In this document: piece after piece, positions 40,978-54,164 of the stretch
Numbering within the stretch: the first letter of the stretch is position 1
Layout of the letters: the number at the start of each line of letters is the position of its first letter
NCBI RefSeq assembly: GCF_009914755.1
Contig: NC_060929.1
Length of the DNA: 64,000 nt
From: the human T2T-CHM13v2.0 reference genome, Homo sapiens
Reading direction: 5' to 3' (one strand)
Position numbers and translations under genes: made by a program
Notes under the pieces: generated by a model
Seen by the model: only the letters and a program-made list of their open reading frames with translations
Databases searched by the model: none
What the model was told of the DNA's origin: nothing

Positions 40978-43900
40978 AAGAAATTTTTACAATAATAGAT
41001 ACCTGCCATATAATGTTGGATGGTTTTACATAAGTTCTTTTTGGATCTACTTTATGGTTTTCAAAATATTTGTTAAAATAACACCTTTCAATGGACTTTT
41101 AACATTTCGTTTTTTGCAAGAAGACTCTAGGACACCCATAATCTTACATATCATCTTGTTTTCTACATTGACCATGCATCTTCCCAGACCATCATGGACT
41201 TTATGGGCATTCCATACGAGGCCTGGGACCTTTGCCCCAACCCGCCGTGTAACATCTGGCCTGCAACAGTGGGTGTGGGTGAGAAGGGGCAGCTCTGCTT
41301 AGAGAAGAGGCTGCTCTCAGGCACTGATGTCCCTTCACCATGCCCTGAAGAAGAGGGAGGTCCTGCTCTCATGGAGGGCTGGGGCGGGGGGCGGGCAGAC
41401 TCACGGTTTCATTTTACACCTGTGTATTGAGAATCTAAGATGTGCCAATAGTGCTCTGTAATGTGCTTGGATACAACAGCAGATACTAAAGGCAAGGATG
41501 CCCGCCCACACAGTGATCATTTATATATGAAAGAAACTCAGACTGTGATAAATACCCATCTCAGGGATGTATGCAGTATATCAGGCTTAAGGGAAAGAAA
41601 TGTAAACACAAGCACTTGTGTCTTTTTGGTCCATTTCTCAAGTGCGACTGAAGATTGTTTCTCTACCCCCCAGCCCAACTCACTTTCCATTGTGTTAGGA
41701 AAACTCAGGAAGCCCTCTACACCATGAGGAAAAGGACATCATATTTTACATAATATGTGACACTGAGAGTCCACTTGGTTTTGAACCATGAATTCAAAAT
41801 ACAGCTTCACTTTTTAAAATTAAAACAATGAGATCGTGTTTGATCTGCTCCATCACAGAATGTCCTGAGAAGATGGCAGTGGGTGCCAGTCAGGAATGCC
41901 TCCTTCCTTCTGGGGAACTGGGGGTCAGTGAGTTCGTTTCTCTGGATGTTGGTTTCCTACACTGTAACATACATATATTCAACAAGAGACAAATGCAATA
42001 GGAAGAAGTGTGTTTTCTAGTGATTTGTATCATTTGGAATACACATCTCTCAATGAATTACTTCAGTTGTTAATTCAATTACAAGGAGTGGGTTTGGTTC
42101 TATCTAAGTAGTTTTAACCTCAGATTAACTTTTCGTTGTGTATTGTTATAGTGTCAATTTCCTTATAAATTTATTTTTGAAATTTTCTTACTGCCAAGAT
42201 GCAATTTTAGATTTTTTAAAAATACAGATAAACACTAGCAACTTTGAAGATGGACACAATTGTACTGAGAGTGAAATGTCCTCTCTGTTATGGTTTCCTG
42301 TTGGCATTTGCTCTCTGCTCAATCCTAACTCCAATCTATGTCTCTGGTTTTGTTCTCTGTATGCCGGACTTCCACATACCTGTGACACATTAGCCAGTGT
42401 TCTGTGCCCAGGCATGATTAAGCCAAGGGTATATGGTTTGTAGGGGGATTGGTGAGTGTATTCACAGAAGCTTCTGCTCGTTACCATTTGGCCAGCACTG
42501 ATGGGTGGGCATGGGTATCCCGACAGCAAGCACAGTGGGTGTTTCCCACGGGATCCAGCTACCCAAACAGCCCCTGGGTGCCAGACAACAGCCCAGACTC
42601 TCGGGGACAGCCCAGGGCAATATGTTGCTTCCTCAGGGCTGCTGTTGCGAGGTCCTGGAGAGAAGTCTGGCCCTCCTCTGGCTGGCCCAGAATGGACCCA
42701 GCTTTCCAAAAGTGCATGGCTGGGGGACAATGCTGCCCCATCAGCATGCTGCAGTCTTTTTCCCAGAGTGGCAGGGCCCCTGTCAGAGCTCGTTGGCTCA
42801 AGCTCCATCTTCCAGTCCACTGCAGGGAGGCACAGGTGGGGGAGTCCCTTCTTCCCACTCTCCGTCTGTCTTAGAGCAAGGTCCTGGCTCCACCTATCCA
42901 TGCCCTGTTGCTCCATCAATTCATGCCCCGTGAAGTTACAGGTGGCTAGTTTCTTAACCATGTCTGTTTTCATGCGATGAGTTTATTCAATTCCCATATG
43001 TCAGGGACAAATGAAAATGAAATCTAGTCACAGGAGGGGCAGGTCCATACGTATTCCTTCATGGGCAAATGTGTCGCTGCCATAATTTTACTTAAATGAC
43101 AATAATTAAACATTATTTTGTTTAAGTCTCACATCCTGCCTTAATCAGAGAAGAAAAAAATTTGTGATCCAAACTGTTACCTGGTCTGGCCTGTCCCTGG
43201 CATGAAATAAGATGCACCAAAGTGAAGATCAATTTCATTACTGGCTTAGAATCAAAGCCCAATATTGAAGAAGACAAACTCTAAATCAGCTTGTTTCTTT
43301 GGGGTGTAAAAAGAGGTCATTTCACACATGTGTTAACTGTGAATTAATGCTATACATGCTGACAGAATGCAATTGCATCTTCAATAATGCTTATTAATGA
43401 GATAGTTAAATGAGAGAACATGTCATAATCGCCTTTTGTTTTTCCTTTGACATATTATTTTTCCCCACTTAGAAAAAAGGGCACCAGGCTGGTATGCCTA
43501 AGAGGCTTATTTGTGCTAACAGACTGTGAGAATTCTGGCAGGTGCTCCAAGAGCTTGGTCTCCACCTTACCCATGCAGTTTTGCAGCTCCATCCCCTTTC
43601 CATGGCTGGCGAGGCTGTTTTTCAGTAAAAGCCAGGCCCACGCTCAGCCCTGTGTCTGGGTGCTCTGCTCACAGCCTGGGGGCAGGCAACTTTCCAGCCA
43701 TGAGAAAGCAGGTTTCGCAGTCAGTGTTTTCTCAGAGAAAATGCATTACTGTGTTTAGTGTGAGGAAGAAAGTGTTTATGAAAGGAGAAGGCTGGGGCCC
43801 CCGTCTGAGTGTGTGTCGCTGAGCGAGTCCTGGCAGAGTCATCAGATCTCAGCTTTTGAGTGGTAACAAAGACTTCAGATTTAAAGCAGGTGAAACTGTG

Positions 43901-44899
43901 TGCCTCCAGGACTGGTAATGGTTGGCTCCACATTTGTTTTCTTCCCTTTTATCAATGGATGTGAGTAGATTTTTTAAAATAATGTTTTCCACGTTGAATT
44001 TCGGTCAGCGAGCCTCAAAGCCCTTGTGCACAGGGTAAGAACGGGGGTCACTCCTTTGAGACCCAATGCATAAGAAAGAAAATTAGTAAAAAGGAAAGCC
44101 AGGCTTTATTTGTAGAGATTGTAATAAGGACAGCATCTTTCTTTTTAAAAGACAGCCAGAAGAGTGAAAAAGACTTGCAAAGGAAAGAAAACACGAGATC
44201 CCCCAGTGGACGGGAACTGATGGAAACTTTAGAAAGAGAATGGTAGCATTGTTTTGTGCTTGCAGTAGAGGAGCTGGAAGGGAACCTTGGGTTCACTGTG
44301 CACGGCATGAAGGCATACAGCAGGCGCACTGCCAGGCCTCAGAGTTTTTCCACTAAAACTTGCAAAGTTTATTCTTGCATGCATTAGGGACGTTTTAACT
44401 CAGCATCAAAACTCGGTAAGAAATAGAGCTGCCTGGGAAAATTAGGTGGGCAAAGCTGCTTTATTTCGATTTCAGTAGTTCTCCTGCACTTTTTGCACCT
44501 CCTTTCCACTCCAGAAGCACAGGTTGCATTGGAAGTCCAGAATAGAATTTCTGTATTTCACAGGAAAAGATCCCTCATCCCAGTATTTTAGACACTGGGT
44601 GTTTCTGAAAGGCCATAACCAGCAAGGACAGTGGACACGGGGCTGAGGACGGGCCTGCCAAGCTACTGCTTCTGTAGCTCCCTGTGTTTACAAACAGCCT
44701 TGCCAGCCACAGAAATGACAGTGAGCAGGGACACGGCGAGATGGAGCTTCAAAACTCCATTAAGGTGGAGCTAGGATCTTGGAGCAACTGCAGAATACAG
44801 GTCATACATGGCTTGTTTGCAGGTCACTGGCCATTGAGAAAAAGAGGATTTGGGGACCACTGAGAAAAAGAGGATTTGGAGACACCTGAGAATAACTGA

Positions 44900-45430
44900 G
44901 GGGCTTGTAGGCATTGAAGATCCAATGCTACTAGAAGATGGGACTCAGCACTTTATGGTCTTTGGTAGTGAAAGATCAGGTTAAAGAATCACTCTGGTCC
45001 TTGGAGTGAGGTGATGACTGAAGGCAAGAACTGAAGAGACCAAACGACCATGTTACAGACCAGTATGGCAGGCACAAGCGCATGTGGAATGGACTGGCTA
45101 TTTAGAACTGTGCTGGGCACTTAAAAAAGGTCAGTCGTAAGGTTAGAGTGTTAAATCTGTGCCTTGAAGCAGCTTCAGAGAATTATGGGCTTTCCACGTT
45201 TGTGCTAATAGATCCCCTTGTTTGCACGTTGCATCAGGGATGAGTCATCTAAGAACAAGCTCAAAGTTTGAACCTGTGGTTTGACAAATGGCAAGGCTAG
45301 TTGAATTCACAACCTCTCCAGGGATTTTGTGTGAGAGTGGGGGCTTTACCAAGAAGGAAGTGTGCACTGGCATCAGAATGGGGACATACAAGAAGACTTA
45401 GATGACAGAGACTATGCAGAATCCTAAGCC
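44900..45430 (+). mobile_element. Ancient ERVL internal (gag-like) relic
   Basis: TTGAATTCACAACCTC...GAGAGTGGGGGCTTT...AATGGGACATACAAGAAGACTTAGATGA resembles recalled ERVL gag text; heavily decayed. Confidence 0.55.
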
Positions 45431-45434
45431 TCTC

Positions 45435-47100
45435 AGCTTAATTATGAACAGCAGAACCCACTTCAGCTACGTTGGTCAAAAAACAGCATTTATTGAAGAT
45501 TACTGGGCAACTTGAAGACCCCTAGAAAGTCCATACTATCCACTGCTGCTGGCTTTCAACATAACTCTCACGACTGATGCTGGTCATTGGACCTCAGAAC
45601 CTCCACCACTGCCACTCCCTTAACGGCGACTTGCCTCCTCTGCCTCCTCCACAAAAGGTGGGTCCCACCTGGGGCCTGCTCTCTCAAAGGACTATCTTCT
45701 ACACCACAGCCTCCACAAGACAGCTAACTGCAGAATATTTATCATAGGGCTGTGCTTCAGTGCAAGAGAGCTAAGGAAAGCAAGTTCCTATCTCCTCTCT
45801 GGGGAGGTGGACAATGATGTAAGAAAATCCCAAAATAGAAGATGGTTGCTCAAAAGATACTGGGCAGTCATGAAGCAAGATGATTACATATAAGCATAGT
45901 TCTTGAATCATTGTGCTTAGTTGTACCTACTCCACCTACATTTAAGGTTGGATTTGACATTAGATGACATAGTTTTCCTCTTCCATAATAAGTAATAGTA
46001 ATTTTCCTGATGAAAAATTATCCAAAGGCGTGGCCTAGAGAGACCCTTTGCTGAAGAAGGGGTATTACTAAGAGATGAACATGGAAGACATGAGACCTGA
46101 CTGCCAGACACCTCGTGTTGGGCCAAGGGGTGTTCCAGGTAGATGCAGGGTTGGTCACTTGTGCTTCATTAGCTTTCGTTTGAATATCACAACTGCCTTG
46201 TGAATCTGGCAAAGCCAGATGCTGCTCTTCTTGCTTACAAATGGTGAGGTGGAGTCCTGCTAGAGTGGCTCACATAGGGCCCCAAGGGGAGGGCTGGACA
46301 GAATCTGAGTCCCTTGTCTCACCTCCCTAGGTCTTGCTCCATGACATCTGATGTCTCCAGCACACTTCACACCTTTCTGAGCATCAAACTTACTGTCATC
46401 CTCAACAAATACCTCTTGCTTTATACATGCAGGGAGCCCTTTTAGGTGCACAGCATGGCACACCAATTGTAGGTCAAGGTCATAACAAAGAGAAGTTTTG
46501 TTCCAGACTTATGGTCATATTCTTTTAGCTCTTTACACTTACAGAACTCTTCCCTTTATAAACAGTTCCACATACTTTTCTTTCCTGCAGGGCCATGCTG
46601 AGCCTTTATAATCCATCTCATTAGAATTTAGGCATGTGTTTCTGAATCTTCCTCATGAGTCTACAAGCTGATATGCTACTTGTCCCTCTTACACTTGTCC
46701 CCACATCTGTTCTTCTGGAGAGCAGCATCCTTGTCCACAGGTCCCAACCTGGGCTCTGAGATATTTCTAGCCAGTTGTCTTGTCCTGCAATGTTCCTGGT
46801 CTTGTTTAGTTTGGAGTCAAGATTGTCTTCCCAGGAGGTCCATTATCTTCTAATCAGGTCAAGGGTGGCCACACTTCCACAATTCCAGCAACTCCACTCT
46901 TGTCTGTCTCCTGATTGAGGCAGATGATACCTTCACCAAATGACTAAACCTGGTGACATCCAGAGGATAGAGTATTGCTAGGGTTTAAGGAAGGCCTTCA
47001 AGGTCACAATGTCATCCATTGTATTTCGGCTGGGAACTTTAGAGTCCTTGCCAAATTTACATTTGGACAACTGAGAAAAGTTTCAAGTTATTTAGCAGTA
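45435..47100 (-). mobile_element. Old MaLR/ERVL LTR (~45435-45900) plus adjoining internal relic
   Basis: CAGAACCCACTTCAGCTA...ATTTATTGAAGATTACTGGG is MLT1-like; the reverse complement of 45960-46030 resembles ERVL internal sequence; boundaries approximate. Confidence 0.4.
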
Positions 47101-47238
47101 ATGAGGATGCTCTGGGGAGCTTTACATATGAACCTGGAATGACATTTAGTTAAATAAATGTCAACATGCTGGGCTAGCTCTTGCTCTGTAGACAAATACA
47201 GGGCAGAAGAGTGTGTCAAGGTGGAAATAATCCAGAAG

Positions 47239-47962
47239 GACAGATAGCTCTTGGCCTGTTGCTGGATTTTGGTGGAAACTGAATGTTTGATTATGGGTCA
47301 TCAAGTCACCATGCGACCTGAACTGCCTATCATGAACTGGGTGCTTTCTGACCCATCTAGCCATAAAGTGGGTCGTGCACAGCAGCATTCTATTATCAAA
47401 TGGAAGTGGTACATATGAGATTGGGCTCAAGCAGCTCCTGAAGGCACAAGTAAGTTACATGAGGAAGTGGCTCAAATGCCCCTGGTCTCCACTCCTGGCA
47501 CCCTGCCTTCTCTCCCCCAGCCTGCACCGATGGTCTTATGGGGAGTTCCCTATGATCAATTGACAGAGGACGAGAAGACTGAGGCCTGGTTCACAAATGG
47601 TTCTGCAGGATATGCAGGCACCACCTGAAAGTGGACAGCTGCAGCACTACGGTCCCTTTCCAGGACATAACTGAAGGATAGTGATGAAGCCAAATCTTCC
47701 CAGTGGGCAGAACTTCCAGCAGTGCAACAGGTTGTGCCCTTTGCATGGAAGGAGAAATGGCCAGATGTACAATTATACACTGATTCATGGGCTGTAGCCA
47801 ATGGTTTGGCTGGATGGTCAGGGACTTGGAAGAAGTATGATTAGAAAATTGGTGACAAAGAAATTTGACGAAGAGGTATGTGGATGGACCTATCTGAGTG
47901 GACAAAAACTGTGAAGATATTTGTATCCCATGTGAGTGCTCACTAATGGGTGACTTCAGCAG
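47239..47962 (+). mobile_element. HERV-L pol fragment (RT connection + RNase H), pseudogenised, without LTRs
   Basis: One frame of 241 codons: ...VTMRPELPIMNWVLSDP...IIKWKWYI*...WGVPYDQL...AWFTNGSA...KSSQWAEL...LYTDSWAVANGLAGWSGTWK...KIFVSHVSAH*; 7 stops, no frameshift. Confidence 0.93.
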
Positions 47963-50900
47963 TAATAGAAGACATATAAATATTATAATATAAATATTAA
48001 CAAAACTGTATTTTCAGAGTATTTTGGAAGAACTATGATTAAGAATTGTTAGACACTTTGTTTTCTTAATCAAAAATATCCAATTCCTGGTCTTTTGTTG
48101 GAATATCTCTTCCCTCTCTCTCTTTCTCTCCGTCTTTCTCTCTCCTCTTTCTTCATTCCTTCCACTGTGTTGATATCCATGCTGATACAGAAAGTGTAAC
48201 ACAATTAGCATGAAATAGTGAATACGGCCGAATCTCTTGCCTCCATGAAGCATGTTCTCTAATTGGAGAGAAAAATAATGTGAACTACAGCTTGAGTCAG
48301 ATGAACGGACAGATCGTTAATAAATGACTTAGTGCAATAGAATCATATTAACACATGGGAGAATCAGAGGACAAGGGTGTCCGTGGAAGCAGAGGTTGTC
48401 TGCATTTGTAGCAATTCATGCAGGAATAAGACGTACTGAGCACACATTGCAGAGTCAATGCTTTGACTGGGCACTTTCTGCTTTGCAGGGTTTCTGGTCT
48501 GAGAACCTACAGAACAGAGCTCATCTTAGAGGAGCACCGATTCTTGTCAGTCACTACTGATATGTTTACCTCCTGACAATCCCATTCTCTGTGAAATTCT
48601 TTGTAAGATATGGTTATAACTACAGGACATTATTTTTCTGGAACATCTTATGAACTGTCCAGGCAGAAGCATGGAAGGAAATAAAGGCAGGCAGGTTTTG
48701 AGAAACTGCATCTGTGGGTTTAGTTGCAGACAGTCTCTGGAGATGCAGTGGCCCATGGCCACGTAGCTGAGCCAGTGACTGCAGACTCAACTTCAGGTTG
48801 TTGTTGCAGCCTCGTGGGATCCACGCTGTGTCCTGATATCACCTTGGCCAGCCTTAACTGGGGCTTTCTGTCTCCACCAGGTAGTCAAAGGCATGCATAT
48901 ATCCCGCAAACGGCCTCCCATAAACACTGTAGCCTGGAACAATTTCAGGGAAAATATGATTTTTCAGGCAGCCTCTGGGCTTGCATGGCCCCCTCCAAGC
49001 ACTTCCCTGAAACGTCTCCCTGGAGCTGATGCCAGACGGCAACCAACATCTCAACTGCTTCATTTCTCTGTTTTTCCATCTTTGTTGTTGCTCTAAATTA
49101 AACTGCTGGAGAATGAAGCATTTCATATTATAACAATGCCTGTCAGGAGTTCTTTACAGTGCAAGATAAAACACAAACCCTTTAATTAACTTTTTTTAAA
49201 AAATAGCAAATACTATTAACCGTTCTAGCATCTTAATAGGTATACATTTTCAATGTGCCTTCCTGTTTTAATTCCATCCATTCTGCTACTGTGTTACAGA
49301 TTATCTCTCCACATATAATTGCCTCGGTCGCACGCTCTATTTTTGGAATATTGTTTTAACAATACCTTGAACTCCAGTCGTTCAGATGTTGCTGTCATGT
49401 CCCTGGCATATGTGATTTTGACTGAAATTTATGTATCTCAAAAAAATGTCTGGAAATGGCCAGGATACTAATCAGGAACATGGAAAATTTAAGGTAAAAG
49501 CAATTTCATCTCAAAACAAGGACTCAATAATTTTAAAATGTCTTCACATGATTTCAGCTCTGGGCCTAGCAATTAATTTCCATATGCTACGTGGTTTTTA
49601 TAATTATAATATATTATGTGATATTGTATTTTTTCATTTTTCCACCCTCTAATAGTAATACAGATTTATATCTCACTCAGTAGTGTATAATGTACATAAA
49701 AGTAATAAAACTGCATTTAAATACACATTTTATAATTCAGGCTTATCACACTATTTTTCCTGAGTAGAAAGTTCTACCCATGGTTGAAAATGCATGCTAA
49801 TTACCCAAGCCTGGTTTTGAAGGACCCAAACATCAGTCCAATAAACACTAGACAAATTTTCCAGGTTGAAAAGAATAGCATTGTTCTGTGTTAATGAAAA
49901 ATAATAACAGGACCTCCGAGACCCACTGATCTCCCAATTCCATTTGACAAAGTATAGCCACTATTTCCCCCAGGGGGTGTAGGAACGCCTGTTTATTTGT
50001 TTGCTCATGCATTCATTCATTCTGAGCAGAATATGGCTCACCTTATGTGGCTGATGAGGGAAGGCACGGGTGGGCCGTGGTTGAGGATGGCAGGAGATGC
50101 AGACTTCGCATTACTGGTTGGTTGACATCCTGCAGTCAGGAATAAGTTTTTCCCGCCTCTGTGTTTTCTGAAGGAGACACAGACATGGGAATGGGGATGA
50201 CCAGTAGGTGAGGCGAAGCTTAGCCAGGGTGCCATTAACCAGATCCAGAGCAGAAAGGTAACTTCAGAGTTTTTGCTCCTGTAAGTACTGCTCCTTGGTA
50301 CAAGTATGAAGCTCCCTTTCTGACAGAGTCCTGATTAGGCAGGAGGGCAGCTTTTTTGTTTTTGCATTTTATAATTAACTATGTGTATGCTTTCTACACT
50401 GATTGCATTATAGGATTATTATCATAAAATCTTACCTCGTCACAGGAAATACAAAAGCATTGCATATGGAGAGTAAAATTGATTGAATGGATCATGAATG
50501 CCTAGTTCCAAGGCTGTGGATTTTAATTCTGATGAGGTCATGAAACCATTTATGCTCAAATTTTGTCTGCAGTCTAAGTACATACAGCTTTAGTAAGCCC
50601 TATCATATTAATGTTTAAAGTGCTGTGATAGGCTCTTTTAGTTATTAATATTGTTTATAGATACATGTGTACTGATAAAACGGTCCTTCAACCATACAGA
50701 AAGAAAACAAATATTATCACTCTAATGTTTAGAATTAATTCAAAAAGCAACAACGGAATCTCAATCTACAACCTCACATGGCATAAATACAAAAACAAGT
50801 ATAGCTAATTGAATAACCAGCAATGTATATATTAAAATTAAAATTTTCTCATGCATTTATTCTTTAACACTCAGCTAATCAGAGCAATATTTTGAAAATG

Positions 50901-51534
50901 CTAATTCACATTCCCGAAGCCCTTTAATGTGATAAAAACTCCTCTTCCTCGCAGTGAGGAAGGGACCCTGTGGAACTTCCCCCTGAGCAGGATCATCACC
51001 GTCAGTGCCTAACTTGCCCAGGGGCACGGGCAAGGTCCTAGTGCACAGTGCTGCATCCACACGGCCTCAAAGCAGCTCCTTGACTGTTCGGCAACCCCTG
51101 GCAAGAAAGCAGTTCCCCTAAATGCATTATTTTTTCTCACACATAAAACGTATACCTTCCATGGTAGCTTCATATTATATTTAAATGCAATTATATACCA
51201 TAGTATGGCTCCTTAAGCTGAATATACAGGGTACAGTTCTACTTTTCCTTATCATAGAGGTAAACTGTTTAAATATCAATTATGCAACGACCCTCTATGT
51301 ACTCTAGAAACAGATACAGGCTGTTCAACTTACATCCATGACTCTACTTGCCCTTTGATATTTTTTTTCCCCAATTCATACGCTACTTTATTTTCTTTCT
51401 GCCCTTTCATCAGTATTAAGCAGCCTCCTTGCTTCTTTCCATAGTGATGGTCTGGGGCAGCTTTAATCTGCTGCTTCTGATCTTCTGTTCAATGAAAAAG
51501 AGTTAATCAGTGTGTTTGAATTGTACATAAAGAA

Positions 51535-52167
51535 AGTACATAGATACAGCCACTTGGGAAAACAGTCTGGCAATTCCTCAAAAGTTAAACATACAGCCCA
51601 GCACTCTCAGTACTAGGTATGAGCACAAGAGACATGAGAATACCTGTCCACACAGAAACGTGTCCATCAATGATCACAGCAGCATTATTCATCTTAGCCA
51701 AAACTCAGGAACAACCCAACTGTCCATCAATCAATGAATCAATAAATGAAATGAATGGGGTATATCCTTACCATAAAATACGATTCAACTACAGAAAGGA
51801 ATGAAGCACGAAAGCGTGCATGCTATGACACGGTGAACCTTGGAAACATTATGCTAAGTGAAAGAAACCAGTCACAAAACAACACATCTCAAACGATTGT
51901 ATTTATATGAAGAGCCATATTCAGAGATAGAAGGAAGATTAGTGATTGCCCAGGGCTGGGACCAGGGGGCAATGGATGGTGGAGTGATCATGAAAGGTTA
52001 CAGTGTTTCTTTTTGATGTTATAAAAATGCTCTAATGTTGTCTGTGATGATGGTTGCAAAATTCTGTAAATATACTAAAAGCTATTTCACTGTACACTTT
52101 AAGGGAGTGAATTGTGTGGTAGTGAATTGTATTTCAATAAAGCTGTTACCAAAACAAAACAAAACAA
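51535..52167 (+). mobile_element. L1MB-like 3' end
   Basis: GAAAACAGTCTGGCAATTCCTCAAAAGTTAAACATA, AACATTATGCTAAGTGAAAGAAACCAG, TGTACACTTTAA...TCAATAAAGCTGTT followed by an A-rich tail. Confidence 0.9.
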
Positions 52168-54164
52168 TGATTCATGAGCAGTGTGTTAGAGCCTGAGAAA
52201 TACTGCTCTCCACTGAGTGGTCTGGCTGACTTACCAGATACTTAAACAAACTTTATTTTCTGACTCCTGCATATTTTCTGGAGAATGAGTTCTAAAACTA
52301 CAACATTTGGAAAGTTAGTTAATTTGTTTTATGCAAAGAAGGATCTCCAGTGATTGAGATCCTTTACTTTAGCCCCACAAATGGAAATCTTGACACTCAC
52401 GTGTGAAAGGGGTTAAGATGACACGTCAAGGGTAGCATGCTTGGGTGGAGCGGGGAAACAGAAGCTCTGCAGGTAGGGGGGCTGAGTCAGGTGGGAGGGG
52501 AAGGAGAAGCCTTGGAGTGCAGCTTCAGGAAGGGGGCAGGTGTGGCCGGACAGGCTGGCGGAGCAGCCCCTGAACAACTCTGCCACCGTGCGGGTGTCCT
52601 GCTTTCACATGGCTTCACTATGCACATACAGCACATGCAGACCTCACTGTCAGGGCACGTATAACCCTGGAAACCCTGGGGAAAGGCCCCTCTGCTGCTC
52701 CATGTCCTCCAGCTTCGCGCCTGCCGTGCTCCCTGTTCCCAGAGCCCAAAGAGAGACAAAAGTGGTCAGGAAATGTTTGGAGACCAAATGCAGGAGTCTA
52801 AAATTATACTGCACTCCCCAGAAAATACCCAAGTTTGATTTTTAATAATTCACAAATAACGAGTTACATGCACTACAAATTCCACTGTGATGCCATTTAA
52901 CCAATGAAAAGAAATTCCGTCAAAAAGGAAAAACATTCCCTTGTTTTTGAACCCAGCCCTAAGCACGGAGTTGACGGGTCTAGTCACCTGCAGCACAACG
53001 GCTTACCCACTGAAAAGGAGCTTGTGACATTCTATCTTAGGAATATTCTAGCTTTATCTTAGAATAAATGGAATTCCCATAGAGCTTTGTCCTAACACTT
53101 GTGAGAACAGACAAGGTCAGACAAGCAGATGGCCAGAGACAGAGAACACCTAAGATCCTTCATTTTTCCTTCTAGCCATAAGAGGACACAGAACCCCATG
53201 CCACAGGGAAGGCAGGTTAAAACCGATCAATATTTTATGCCATCAGCCGGCCTGGCATATTACAGTTATGACACATCTTTAAAAGTACGAAGAAAGAGAT
53301 AACACAATGACTGCACTAAAATGTCAAGAAGCGAGTCTGCCAGCGGCGATGGGCTTCAGCGTTTCCTCCCTCCACACGCAGTCCCTCCATGTCACCAACA
53401 TGCTGGAGCTACGTAGGACTGAGCCTTCCCTGGTATTCCCGGAATCTCAAAGATCACAGCCTGTGCACAGAGGCTGCACATATTAATTTACAACAGGGGC
53501 AGGCGGGAAAATAAAACTCTGTGGTTCTTCTCTAGGGCAAGAATAGTTTAAACTAATATAAAAATAAAGACAAATAGAGAGATGGAGATGAAGACAAATG
53601 TGAAAAAGAGGAAGAAGGAGGAAGAGGAGGAGGGGGAGGAGGTCGAGAAGGTGAGAATTCCTGGTAAAACATAAGTAACATTTAACAAACAAACAAACAG
53701 CAACCTCCAAGTACCCGAGCATGCTGCTGGGACGGAGAGACTCATTTTCTCCGTTCCTTTTGGCAGTTTCTTTGCCTGCTGTAGATTGAAGAAAATAGGA
53801 ATAAGCATCTTTCGACCCACAAACAGATGTGCTTGATAAAGAAAATGTCAGCAAAAATACTAAAGCAATGTGTCACAGCGGCTTTCTGACAGATAGAGGG
53901 AAAAGGTAAAAAATGTTCTATCATGTCCGACAAGGTGTTCTTTTTGAGATTTAAAGATCACTGTGCAACTTTAAACATGTTTGTCACTTTGGCTCTGACT
54001 ACAGCTATCTGGAGCTTCAGAAGAACTTTATCAGCTCAGCATAGGGGGAAAGAAAGGAGCCCGTTCCCATTTATCTCAGCTCGGCTCCCTTCAAAGCCAA
54101 CAAATAAATTACAGTGTACATTTGATACAAATTGATTTCTTAACTCAAATAACAATGTTGTCCT

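Noticed and set aside
42188-42973. Longest ORF (261 aa, minus strand) as a protein-coding gene
   Set aside because: No recognisable domain or exon structure; overlapping frames are also open, so low stop density explains it.
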